Shown: piece after piece, positions 50,225 through 63,275 of the stretch | Layout of the letters: each line of letters starts with the position of its first letter | How positions within the stretch are numbered: the first letter of the stretch is position 1 | From: Macrostomum lignano | Lineage: Eukaryota | Length of the DNA stretch: 64,000 nucleotides | Assembly (NCBI GenBank): GCA_002269645.1 | Contig: NIVC01001396.1 | Location: 62,001-126,000, forward strand | Direction of reading: 5' to 3' | Notes under the pieces: model-generated | Seen by the model: only the letters and a program-made list of their open reading frames with translations | The model's database searches: none | Told to the model about the DNA's origin: nothing | Program-made: the position numbers and the translations under genes

Positions 50225-52100
50225 GGGGAATTGCTGAGATGTCAAGGCTAATGAGGGGAATTGCTGAGATGTCAAGGCTCATGAGGGGAATTGCTGAGAT
50301 GTCAAGGCTCATGAGGGGAATTGCTGAGATGTCAAGGCTCATGAGGGGAATTGCTGAGATGTCAAGGCTCATGAGGGGAATTGCTGAGATGTCAAGGCTC
50401 ATGAGGGGAATTGCTGAGATGTCAAGGCTCATGAGGGGAATTGCTGAGATGTCAAGGCTCATGAGGGGAATTGCTGAGATGTCAAGGCTCATGAGGGGAA
50501 TTGCTGAGATGTCAAGGCTCATGAGGGGAATTGCTGAGATGTCAAGGCTCATTAGGGGAATTGCTGAGATGTCAAGGCTCATGAGGGGAATTGCTGAGAT
50601 GTCAAGGCTCATGAGGGGAATTGCTGAGATGTCAAGGCTTAAGAAGGAATTGCTGAGATGTCAAGGCTCATTAGGGGAATTGCTGAGATGTCAAGGCTCA
50701 TGAGGGGAATTGTTGAAGATGTCAAGGCTCATGAGTGGAATTGTTGAAGATGTCAAGGCTCACGAGGGGAATTGTTGAAGATGTCAAGGCTCATGAGGGG
50801 AATTTTTTAAGATGTCAAGGCTCATGAGGGGAATTGTTTAAGATGTCAAGGCTCATGAGGGGAATTGTTTAAGATGTCAAGGCTCACGAGGGGAATTGTT
50901 GAAGATGTCAAGGCTCACGAAGGGAATTGTTGAAGATGTCAAGGCTCATGAGGGGAATTGTTGAAGATGTCAAGGCTCATGAGGGGAATTGTTTAAGATG
51001 TCAAGGCTCATGAGGGGAATTGTTGAAGATGTCAAGGCTCATGAGGGGAATTGTTTAAGATGTCAAGGCTCACGAGGGGAATTGTTGAAGATGTCAAGGC
51101 TCATGGGGGAATTGTTGAAGATGTCAAGGCTCACGAGGGGAATTGTTGAAGATGTCAAGGCTCATGAGGGGAATTGTTTAAGATGTCAAGGCTCATGGGG
51201 GAATTGTTGAAGATGTCAAGGCTCACGAGGGGAATTGTTGAAGATGTCAAGGCTCACGAGGGGAATTGTTGAAGATGTCAAGGCTCATGAGGGGAATTGT
51301 TGAAGATGTCAAGGCTCATGAGGGGAATTGTTTAAGATGTCAAGGCTCATGAGGGGAATTGTTTAAGATGTCAAGGCTCACGAGGGGAATTGTTGAAGAT
51401 GTCAAGGCTCACGAAGGGAATTGTTGAAGATGTCAAGGCTCATGAGGGGAATTGTTGAAGATGTCAAGGCTCATGAGGGGAATTGTTTAAGATGTCAAGG
51501 CTCATGAGGGGAATTGTTGAAGATGTCAAGGCTCATGAGGGGAATTGTTGAAGATGTCAAGGCTCATGAGGGGAATTGTTTAAGATGTCAAGGCTCATGA
51601 GGGGAATTGTTTAAGATGTCAAGGCTCACGAGGGGAATTGTTGAAGATGTCAAGGCTCACGAAGGGAATTGTTGAAGATGTCAAGGCTCATGAGGGGAAT
51701 TGTTGAAGATGTCAAGGCTCATGAGGGGAATTGTTTAAGATGTCAAGGCTCATGAGGGGAATTGTTGAAGATGTCAAGGCTCATGAGGGGAATTGTTTAA
51801 GATGTCAAGGCTCACGAGGGGAATTGTTGAAGATGTCAAGGCTCATGGGGGAATTGTTGAAGATGTCAAGGCTCACGAGGGGAATTGTTGAAGATGTCAA
51901 GGCTCATGAGGGGAATTGTTTAAGATGTCAAGGCTCATGGGGGAATTGTTGAAGATGTCAAGGCTCACGAGGGGAATTGTTGAAGATGTCAAGGCTCACG
52001 AGGGGAATTGTTGAAGATGTCAAGGCTCATGAGGGGAATTGTTGAAGATGTCAAGGCTCACGAGGGGAATTGTTTAAGATGTCAAGGCTCGTGAGGGGGA
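50225..52100 (+). repeat. 30-nt minisatellite GATGTCAAGGCTCATGAGGGGAATTG(C/T)T(GA) with a 742-nt higher-order duplication
   Basis: Tandem copies; identical ORFs at 50989 and 51731. Confidence 0.96.
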
Positions 52101-52449
52101 ATAAATTATTCCTTTTTTTGCTGCCTGGCGCTGATCTCCATAGTTCTCTTATACTCGCGTTGAGCATTTTTTATTAAAATTTTCGCCAATGAACATTGCT
52201 GACCTCAGTAAATCTAAGCTTCTATGCTTATCAAGATTCATTTTATCACTCATACACTGGGTCATGAATTGCATGAATTTTCTCTGACCTAATTTTTTGC
52301 CCTAGATTTATAAGTTTTTAAAGTTATAAAGCTAATTAACAGACTGTATCTCCACCTTTGTTGCTGTCTTTTACTATTTGAGTTTTTTGTTTGTAGTTCT
52401 CAGTGTCTCTGACCTGTCACTTTGATTGCCTTTGTCTGCTACGGTGTCC

Positions 52450-54570
52450 TTAGCCTGTCACTCTCAGTGTCTTAAACCTATCACTCTCAGCTGTGTCTTA
52501 AACCTATCAATCTCAGTGTCTTAAGCCTGTCACTCTCAGTGTCTTAAGCCTGTCACTCTCAGTGTCTTAAGCCTGTCACTCTCAGTGTCTTAAGCCTGTC
52601 ACTCTCAGTGTCTTAAACCTATCACTCTCAGCTGTGTCTTAAACCTATCAATCTCAGTGTCTTAAGCCTGTCACTCTCAGTGTCTTAAGCCTGTCACTCT
52701 CAGTGTCTTAAGCCTGTCACTCTCAGTGTCTTAAGCCTGTCACTCTCAGTGTCTTAAACCTATCACTCTCAGCTGTGTCTTAAACCTATCAATCTCAGTG
52801 TCTTAAGCCTGTCACTCTCAGTGTCTTAAGCCTGTCACTCTCAGTGTCTTAAGCCTGTCACTCTCAGTGTCTTAAGCCTGTCACTCTCAGTGTCTTAAAC
52901 CTATCACTCTCAGCTGTGTCTTAAACCTATCAATCTCAGTGTCTTAAGCCTGTCACTCTTAGTGTCTTTAGTCTGTCACTCAGTGTCTTTATTAGCCTTT
53001 CACTCTTAGTGTCCTAAACCTGTCACTCCCAGTGTCCCAAACCTGTCACTCTTAGTGTCCTAAACCTGTCACTCCCAGTGTCCTAAACCTGTCACTCCCA
53101 GTGTCCTAAACCTGTCACTCCCAGTGTCCTAAACCTGTCACTCCCAGTGTCCTAAACCTGTCACTCCCAGTGTCCTAAACCTGTCACTCCCAGTGTCCTA
53201 AACCTGTCACTCCCAGTGTCCTAAACCTGTCACTCCCAGTGTCCTAAACCTGTCACTCCCAGTGTCCTAAACCTGTCACTTCCAGTGTCCTAAACCTGTC
53301 ACTTCCAGTGTCCTAAGCCTGTCACTCCCAGTGTCCTAAACCTGTCACTCCCAGTGTCCTAAACCTGTCACTTCCAGTGTCCTAAACCTGTCACTCCCAG
53401 TGTCCCAAACCTGTCACTCCCAGTGTCCTAAAACTGTCACTCCCAGTGTCCTAAACCTGTCACTCCCAGTGTCCTAAATCTGTCACTCCCAGTGTCCTAA
53501 ATCTGTCACTCCCAGTGTCCTAAATCTGTCACTCCCAGTGTCCTAAAACTGTCACTCCCAGTGTCCTAAATCTGTCACTCCCAGTGTCCTAAATCTGTCA
53601 CTCCCAGTGTCCTAAACCTGTCACTTCCAGTGTCCTAAACCTGTCACTTCCAGTGTCCCAAACCTGTCACTCCCAGTGTCCTAAACCTGTCACTCCCAGT
53701 GTCCTAAACCTGTCACTCCCAGTGTCCTAAATCTGTCACTCCCAGTGTCCTAAACCTGTCACTCCCAGTGTCCTAAATCTGTCACTCCCAGTGTCCTAAA
53801 TCTGTCACTCCCAGTGTCCTAAAACTGTCACTCCCAGTGTCCTAAAACTGTCACTCCCAGTGTCCTAAAACTGTCACTCCCAGTGTCCTAAACCTGTCAC
53901 TCCCAGTGTCCTAAACCTGTCACTCCCAGTGTCCTAAATCTGTCACTCCCAGTGTCCTAAATCTGTCACTCCCAGTGTCCTAAACCTGTCACTCCCAGTG
54001 TCCTAAACCTGTCACTTCCAGTGTCCTAAACCTGTCACTCCCAGTGTCCTAAACCTGTCACTCCCAGTGTCCTAAATCTGTCACTCCCAGTGTCCTAAAT
54101 CTGTCACTCCCAGTGTCCTAAATCTGTCACTCCCAGTGTCCTAAAACTGTCACTCCCAGTGTCCTAAATCTGTCACTCCCAGTGTCCTAAATCTGTCACT
54201 CCCAGTGTCCTAAATCTGTCACTCCCAGTGTCCTAAACCTGTCACTCCCAGTGTCCTAAACCTGTCACTCCCAGTGTCCTAAACCTGTCACTCCCAGTGT
54301 CCTAAACCTGTCACTCCCAGTGTCCTAAACCTGTCACTTCCAGTGTCCTAAACCTGTCACTCCCAGTGTCCCAAACCTGTCACTCCCAGTGTCCTAAACC
54401 TGTCACTCCCAGTGTCCTAAACCTGTCACTCCCAGTGTCCTAAACCTGTCACTCCCAGTGTCCTAAACCTGTCACTCCCAAAGTTCTAAATCTGTCACTC
54501 CGAGTGTCCTAAATCTGTCACTCCCAGTGTCCTAAACCTGTCACTCCCAATTTCTTAAACCTATCATTCT
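52450..54570 (+). repeat. 23-nt minisatellite CCTGTCACTCCCAGTGTCCTAAA
   Basis: About 2.1-kb array with two sub-variants. Confidence 0.97.
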
Positions 54571-55239
54571 CAGTGTCTCTGGTCTTTCACTCTCATTCAT
54601 AAGTTTTAATGCCTATCACACTTTATTTTAACGCCTGTCACACTCATTTCGGCGCTACGAGTAAACACACCTGTACACTAGATTTTACTACCAACCAACA
54701 AATTGAATTTGGCACCCTATCATCGCACTAAATGCAACGCTCAGAGGTACCGTGTCAAACCTTAACCTGTTTATCTAGGCCGTTAAACTGCGCACGACCC
54801 CTGCAACCCCCCACCGTTTCTCAATGAGGACACAAGCGTTTAGCCGCGAGATTCCCACACAATCTCAAAGCCAAGCTCTGACAGCTCTCGGGCGGCTTCT
54901 TAAACTGGTTCTTAGGACTGAAACTCATTCTCGATTAGATAAGAAATCTATAAGCTAGAGCCACAGAATTTCCAACAGAGAACTCTAAGCCGTGGAAAGA
55001 CACTTTGAGTCTGTTTCAGATTTTGGTACTGATACGAGTATCGTAAGGAGCTTTAAAAAATGCAGCAAAATCTGCAATTTGGGTACTGCGTTTGACTCGA
55101 TTGGTAGGTGAGAACTGCATTGGCTGCAGTGAAGTTGACAGTTGCTGGATATCTGTTTGTCATCTAGCTGACCTTTCACCACACGGATTTGAAGGTAATT
55201 AGTAGGTAAGTAATATCCCAGACCCCCAGTCTAGCTCTA

Positions 55240-57085
55240 CCAATGACCCTCAGTTTGGCGCCACCAATGAACCTCAGTTTGGCGCCACTCAGTGACCCCC
55301 AGTTTAGCGCCACTCAATGACCCCCAGTTTAGCGCCACTCAATTACTCCCAGTTTAGCGCCACTCAGTGACCCCCAGTTTGGCGCCACTCAATGACCCCC
55401 AATTTGGCGCCACTCAATAACCTCCCAGTTTGGCGCTACCCAATGACCCCCCAGTTTGGCGCCACTCAATGACCCCCAGTTTGGCGCCACCAATGACCCT
55501 CAGTTTGGCGCCACTCAGTGACCCCCAGTTTGGCGCCACCAATGACCCTCAGTTTGGCGCCACTCAGTGACCCCCAGTTTGGCGCCACTCAATGACCCCC
55601 CTGTTTGGCGCCACTCGATGACCCCCAGTTTGGCGCCACCAATGACCCTCAGTTTGGCGCCACTCAATTACCCCCCTGTTTAGCGCCACTCAATTACCCC
55701 CCAGTTTGGCGCCACCAATGACCCTCAGTTTGGCGCCACTCAGTGACCCCCAGTTTGGCGCCACTCAATGACCCCCAGTTTGGCGCCACTCAATGACCCC
55801 CCAGTTTGGCGCCACCAATGACCCTCAGTTTGGCGCCACTCAGTGACCCCCAGTTTGGCGCCATTCAATGACTCCCAGTTTGGCGCCACTCAATGACCCC
55901 CCAGTTTGGGGCTCTCAATGACCCTGCAGTTTAGCGCCACCAATGACCTCCCAGTTTAGCGCCACCAATGACCCTTTCCAGTATGGCGCTACTCAATGAC
56001 TTGGCGCCACTCAATGACCCCCAGTTTAGCGCCACTCAATTACCCCCAGTTTAGCGCCACTCAATTACCCCCAGTTTGGCGCCACTCAATGACCCCCCAG
56101 TTTGGCGCCACTCAATGACCACCAGTTTGGCGCCACCAATGACCCTCAGTTTGGCGCCACTCAATTACCCCCCTGTTTAGCGCCACTCAATTACCCCCCA
56201 GTTTGGCGCCACCAATGACCCCCAGTTTGGCGCCACCAATGACCCCCAGTTTAGCGCCACTCAATTACCCCCAGTTTAGCGCTCTCAATGACCCCCAGTT
56301 TAGCGCTCTCAATGAACCCCCAGTTTAGCGCCACTCAATTACCCCCAGTTTAGCGCCACCAATGACCCCCAGTTTAGCGCTCTCAATGACCCCCAGTTTG
56401 GCGCCACTCAATGACCCCCCAGTTTAGCGCCACCAATGACCCTCAGTTTGGCGCCACTCAGTGACCCCCAGTTTGGCGCCATTCAATGACTCCCAGTTTG
56501 GCGCCACTCAATGACCCCCCAGTTTGGGGCTCTCAATGACCCTGCAGTTTAGCGCCACCAATGACCTCCCAGTTTAGCGCCACCAATGACCCTTTCCAGT
56601 ATGGCGCTACTCAATGACTTGGCGCCACTCAATGACCCCCAGTTTAGCGCCATTCAATGACCCCCAGTTTAGCGCCACTCAATTACCCCCAGTTTAGCGC
56701 CACTCAATGACCCCCAGTTTAGCGCCACTCAATTACCCCCAGTTTAGCGCCACTCAATGACCCCCAGTTTGGCGCCACTAAATTGCCCCCAGTTTAGCGC
56801 CACTCAATTACCCCCAGTTTATCGCCACTCAATTACCCCCAGTTTAGCGCCAGTCAATGACCCCCAGTTTGGCGCCACTCAATGACCCCCAGTTTGGCGC
56901 CACTCAATTACCCCCAGTTTAGCGCCACTCAATTACCCCCAGTTTGGTGCCACTCAATGACCCCCAGTTTAGCGCCACCAATGACCCCCCAGTTTGGCGC
57001 CACCAATGACTCCCAGTTTAGCGCCACCAATGGCTCCCAGTTTAGCGCCACCAATGACTCCCAGCTTAGCGCCACCAATGACTCA
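55240..57085 (+). repeat. 23-25-nt minisatellite GACCCCCAGTTT(G/A)GCGCCACTCAAT
   Basis: Tandem copies, probably filling a 5'UTR intron of the SLC4 gene. Confidence 0.96.
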
Positions 57086-57193
57086 CTGACCTCCATATTT
57101 GCACTCCCTCGGACACCCAGTTTGGCTTGTAAAATTCCGCGTTCGCTAAAGCTATTAAACCCCCTCGCGGCCCTCGATCGGTCGGCAGCGGCC

Positions 57194-60100
57194 ATGTCCT
57201 CAGATGACCCCGTGCCTGACCCGAACGTCAGCTCAGCCCGGCGATTGAATCAGCCACAGCAGCTGCTGGACTTTGAAGAGCACCGCTCGCTGCCAGTGGG
57301 CGGGGGCGATGGGGGTCACCGGACCCTCCTGATAGGCGTCAGAGTCCCCCGCGGTGGCCGGAAGCGGTCGCTGGAACAGCAGCACGAGAGGCGGGGCAAG
57401 AGGCGGGAGAAGAAAAGCGATTCATCACAGACACAGAGGCACCGGCAGCAGCAGCAGCCGCAGTCGGGCAGTGAGTTGCAGAGTCTGTCACACCCGTATC
57501 CGTCACTCTGAATGTGTCTATCACTCTCGATCGTGTCTGTCACGCGATCTTGTCTGTCACGCTCGATCGTAACTGTCACTCTCGATCGTGTCTGTCACTC
57601 TCAATTGTGTTTGTCACTCTCGATCGTGTCCGTCACTCTCAATTGTGTTTGTCACTTTCAATCTTGTCTGTCACTATCGACCGTGACTATCACTCTCGAT
57701 CGTGACTATCACTCTCGATCTTGTCTGTCACTCTCGATCGTGTCTGTCACTCGATCTTTGCTGTCACGCTCGATCGTGACTGTCACTCTCGATCTTGTCT
57801 GTCACTCTCGATCATGTGTGTCACTCTGAATCGTGTCTGTCACTCTCAATCGTGTCTGTCACTCTCAATTGTGTTTGTCACTCTCGATCGTGTCTGTCAC
57901 TCTGAATCGTGTCTGTCACTCGATCTTGTCTGTCACTCTCGATTGTGTCTGTCACTCGATCTTGTCTGTCACTTTCGATCGTGACTGTCACTCTGAATCT
58001 TGTCTGTCACTCTCAATCGTGTCTGTCACTCTCAATTGTGTTTGTCACTTTCAATCTGTCTGTCACTCTCGATCGTGTCCGTCACTCTCGATTGTGTCTG
58101 TCACTCGATCTTGTCTGTCACTCTCGATTGTGTCTGTCACTCGATCTTGTCTGTCACTTTCGATCGTGTCTGTCACTCTGAATCGTGTCTGTCACTCTCA
58201 ATCGTGTCTGTCACTCTCAATCGTGTCTGTCACTCTCAATTGTGTTTGTCACTTTCAATCTTGTCTGTCACTCTCGATTGTGTCTGTCACTCGATCTTGT
58301 CTGTCACTTTCGATCGTGTCTGTCACTCTGAATCGTGTCTGTCACTCTCAATCGTGTCTGTCACTCTCAATCGTGTCTGTCACTCTCAATTGTGTTTGTC
58401 ACTTTCAATCTTGTCTGTCACTCTCGACCGTGTCTGTAACTCGATCGTGTCTGTCACTCTCAATCGTGACTGTCACTCTCGATCGTGTCTGTCACTCTGA
58501 ATCGTTTCTGTCACTCTCAATCGTGTCTGTCACTCTCAATCGTGTCTGTCACTCTCAATTGTGTTTGTCACTTTCAATCTTGTCTGTCACTCTCGACCGT
58601 GTCTGTAACTCGATCGTGTCTGTCACTCTCGATCGTGTCTCTCACTCTCCATCGTGTCTGTCACTCTCAATCGTGTCTGTCACTCTCAATTGTGTTTGTC
58701 ACTCTCGATCGTGACTGTCACTCTCAATCGTGTTTGTTACTCGATCGTGTCTGTTACTCTCGATCGTGACTATCACTCTCGATTGTGTCTGTCACTCTCA
58801 ATCGTGTCTGTCACTCTCAATCGTGTCTGTCACTCCTTTCACTGCCTATCGCATGCATTTGTCACTACTTGTAGTGTCCCGTGATTTCAAATTTTGTTTT
58901 ACTCTGAAATTATCAATTCGTCACCTTATTCATAATAAAACTAACAAAGTGTCAGCTGTCGAAGAAACTGATGAAGATGCCGATGCAGAAGCCGAGGACG
59001 CGCCTCCAAGTTAGTATTTTTAATTTTTTTTCAACTCTTCATTTTAAATAATTTTCCTAGATAATTATCGATTTTTGCATCTCAATGCCCTAACTGCAGG
59101 TTTTGGCAGTTTGGCAGCTGATGTCACTGGTGGAGGCTCCGGGTCTGCTTCGGTTTCTCGTGGTGAGAACTTTTAGAGTCTGTTGTTACATACACAGAGA
59201 GAATGTACTTTTAGTCTAGTGATGACATTTTTTCAATAAAAACTCTTTAGAAGGCTCCAACGCGGATCCATCAGTGAGGGTGCACTTTCTGCTTGGCAAC
59301 AATCAAGATTCGGGAGCCGCTGAAGACGAACCATTGACTGCTGTTGAAGATATTCGACCGCTGTTCTGCCAGATGAACGAGCTGGACTGCTCGGGTGAGA
59401 ATTTTAGCTACTTGAGAATCTTAAGTAGATTATTGAGTAGATTAGCGGTTAGACAAGCATGTTAGAGAGTTGGATAGATAGTTGAGTAGATAGTCAGGTA
59501 GCTAGTCGGGTAGATAATCAGGTAGCTAGTCGGGTAGATAGTTAGGTAGCTAGTCGGGTAGATAATCAGGTAGCTAGTCAGGTAGATAATCAGGTAGGTA
59601 GTCAGGTAGATAGTCAGGTAGGTAGTCGGGTAGATACTCAGGTAGGTAGTCGGGTAGATAACCTGGTAGCTAGTCGGGTAGATAATTAGGTAGGTAGTCG
59701 GGTAGATACTCAGGTAGCTAGTCGAGTAGATACTCAGGTAGGTAGTCGGGTAGATAACCAGGTAGCTAGTCGGGTAGATAATCAGGTAGCTAGTCAGGTA
59801 GACAATTGGGTAGACAATCAATGAGACAGTCAAGTAGACAATTGGGTAGACAATTAGGTAGATGATCGGATATACAATAAAGTAGACTTTCATATAGAAA
59901 ATCAGGTAGAAAATCGGTTAAGCAATCAAGTATACAAATTGTTAGACAATCGGGTAGACAATCGAGTAGACAATTGGCTAAACAGCTGCAACAATTCGCT
60001 TCCCATTTAACCCCAAAAAGGTGACGTCACCGTGTGGAAACAGACAGCTCGATGGATCAAATTTGAAGAGGATGTTGAGGAGGGTGGAGAGCGCTGGTCA

Positions 60101-63100
60101 AAGCCTCACGTGGCCACCCTGAGCCTGCTGTCGTTGTTCGAAGTTCGGACTGCAATTTCTACAGGTGAGACTACAGGGTGAAAACCATGGAGGTTGACTG
60201 TCAGGGAGGTTGACTGTCAGAGAGGGTGAATATCAGGGAGGGGGAATATCAGGGAGGGTGACTGTCAGGGAGGTTGACTGTCAGAGAGGTTGACTGTCAG
60301 GGAGGGTGACTGTCAGGGAGGGTGAGTATCAGGAAGGGTGACTGTCAGGGAGGGTGAATATCAGGAAGGGTGACTGTCAGGGAGGGTGACTGTCAGGGAG
60401 GGAGAATATCGGGGAAGGAGACTGTCAGAGAAGGTGACTCTCAGAGAGGGTGGTTTTCAGGGAGGGTGACTGTCAGAGAGGGTGACTGTCAGGGAGGGTG
60501 ACTGTCAGAGAGGGTGACTGTCAGGGAGGGTGACTGTCAGAGAGGGTGACTGTCAGAGAGGGTGACTGTCAGGGAGGGTGACTGTCAGAGAGGGTGACTG
60601 TCAGGGAGGGTGACTGTCAGGGAGGGTGACTGTCAGAGAGGGTGACTGTCAGGGAGGGCTGCCTTTGAGAGTAATAGTTCTATCTGAAGAACAAGAAACA
60701 AGATCTATAAATTTATTTTTATATCTAAAAAAATTCAGGCGAGGTAATGCTGGATTGCGAGGCCCAGTCGTTCGAATCGATCGTCGACCTGATGCTGAAT
60801 CGGCTGGTTAGAAAAGACCGACTGCCAGTCGAATACCGAGAGCAAACTCGCGAAGTGCTGCTCAAGAAGCACTGGAATTTGCACCAGAAACGGCTGGTCC
60901 GTGGCAGCTCGTTTCTTGGTTCGAAGATTCGAAACATTGCCGAAATTGGCAAGAGGCATTCGTCTAAGGATTTGGAGAGGGGTGAGTTGCGGAGAGCTCC
61001 AAGGAACTCATTTCTATCGACATACATCCACACTCACCGACACTCACCGAAACTTACATGTATGGACACTCACCGACACTTATAGACCCTCACCGACACT
61101 CACCGAAACTTACATGTATGGACACTCACCGACACTTATGGACACTCACCGACACTTATGGACACTCACCGACACTTATGGACACTCAACGACACTTATG
61201 GACACTCACCGGCACTTATGGACACTCAACGACACTTATGGACACTCAACGACACTTATGGACACTCACCGACACTCACCGACACTCACCGACACTCACC
61301 GACACTCACCGACACCCATCGACACACACTGGCATCCACTCCAGATTCAAGCTTCCGAAACAGCCCCAGCGGTGTCGGATTAGGCGAGGCCCTCGGAGAC
61401 TCAGCCGACGCCACTCAGCCGCATTCATCCGGATCGAAGCACTACGACCAGAGCTTCATGAGGAAGGTGCCGCCGGGAGCCGAGACGGCGAACATCCTGG
61501 TTGGCAGCACCAGCTTCTTACCAACTGGTCCAGTTGCCTGTTTCATCCGACTGAAAAATGCCTGCCTAGCTATGGAGATCACGGAAGTGCCGGTGCCAAG
61601 CCGCTTCCTGTTTGTACTTTTAAGCCCGCCAGGACAGGTGGACTCGCTCAAGGAGATGGGCCGGTGCATGGGCACCCTGATGTCTGACGAGATCTTTCGC
61701 GACGTGGCTTATTTGGCTAGAGGAAAAGTGAGTATGCCGTTTGAATTGTCAGGGGCCAAGGGCTGTTGAATAGCAAGTGTCAGGGTCTTAAATACGCTCG
61801 TGTCTAGTGTCAGAACTCTTGAGTATCTAGTGTCAGAACTCTTGAGTATCTAGCTTCAGGGCTATCGTCAATGGCTCTCATAACTAATGGCATGTAATTA
61901 ATATCAGTAAACACAGACAGACTTTTATTGGAATTGAACTACACAAACCAGAAGCGAGGGCGCAAGGCCCAAAATTCATATATTTATAAGACATTGCCTA
62001 AATTAGGGGGGTGGGGTTGCATTCACGATAAGAGACGGGGGTGGATGATTAGAGCACGAGAGCGCGAGGGGGTAGAAAAATGATAACGAGGAACAAATAA
62101 GCGTGCAATGGGGAGTGGGTACAAGGTGCGACCAGAAGGCAGAGAAGGCAGAGATAGAGATAAGCACAGAGAGGCAGCCAATCAGAATTAAGACATACAA
62201 ACATAAGCGAGAAGGTGGAACAAATGAAGAAAGTCGCTATATGGCATGATACCATAAAATTCCCACCTGATATCCTAATCCTCCCAGGGCGACCTGCTCG
62301 CAGGTCTGGACGAGTTCCTAAAATTCTGCATCGTTCTGCCGCCAAATGAATGGGACCCATCGATTCGCATTGAACCGCCAAAGGAGGTGCCCTCCCAGGA
62401 CGTTCGCAAGCAGCACTCGTCCGCGAACCTGTCTGCCCTGAACGGAGGTGAGCGACATCTGTAAACAGAATAAGTAAAAACGGCCCTTTTGGGGCGATTA
62501 ACACCGATAAGGGCCAACCCTCAAGGCACGGAGAGTGTACATACCCGACGGTGGTGGGAAGGACGAAAAAAACCCTTACTTTTTACTGACAGTAATTTGA
62601 ACGCATTTTAATGCTATTTTAATGCTCCACATTCCAGCCGGAGAAGACGGCAGCCAGTCGGCTAATAAAATTGAAAAGTCTTCTTCCGGGCAACAGTTGA
62701 AGCTCAAGGAGGCCTCATTCGATGCTGAGAAGCTGCCGTCGCCTCCGCCTCCGCCTCCGCTGCAGCAGCAGCAGTCTCAGACTCAAAGCGACTCGGAGGG
62801 TCACTTCGATGCGTCCCTGGAGCGAACTGGACGCCTGTTTGGCGGCCTCACCGAAGACGTGAAACGCAAACTGCCGTTCTATCTGTCCGACGTGAAAGAC
62901 GCAATTCACGTGCAAACCATTGGCGCTTTCTTCTTTATCTATTTTGCCTGTCTGACCCCCATCATCACGTTTGGCGGCCTGCTGGTGGACGCTACCGAAG
63001 GCTATTTGGGCGCTATGGAGTCCATTCTGTCTGGGGCCATCTGCGGCACTCTCTACGCTCTGTGCTCCGGGCAGCCGCTCACCATATTGGGTAATTTGGT

Positions 63101-63153
63101 GGATTCGATTCAGTTGTCAAGTTTTATTGATTAACAGATTGATTGATGGACAA

Positions 63154-63186
<33 letters not shown>

Positions 63187-63201
63187 CTGATTGATTGATT
63201 A

Positions 63202-63275
<74 letters not shown>

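Noticed and set aside
14870-58840. Arrays with 20-36-nt periodicity resembling CRISPR repeats
   Set aside because: Units are head-to-tail with no unique spacers, there are no cas genes, and the context is eukaryotic introns.
14136-61769. Many long ORFs inside arrays (e.g. 38107-38629, 43866-44567, 45121-45937, 47293-48440, 50181-50703, 57512-58884, 59462-59893)
   Set aside because: They are translations of stop-free tandem repeats, mostly within introns of identified genes, and have no independent coding signal.
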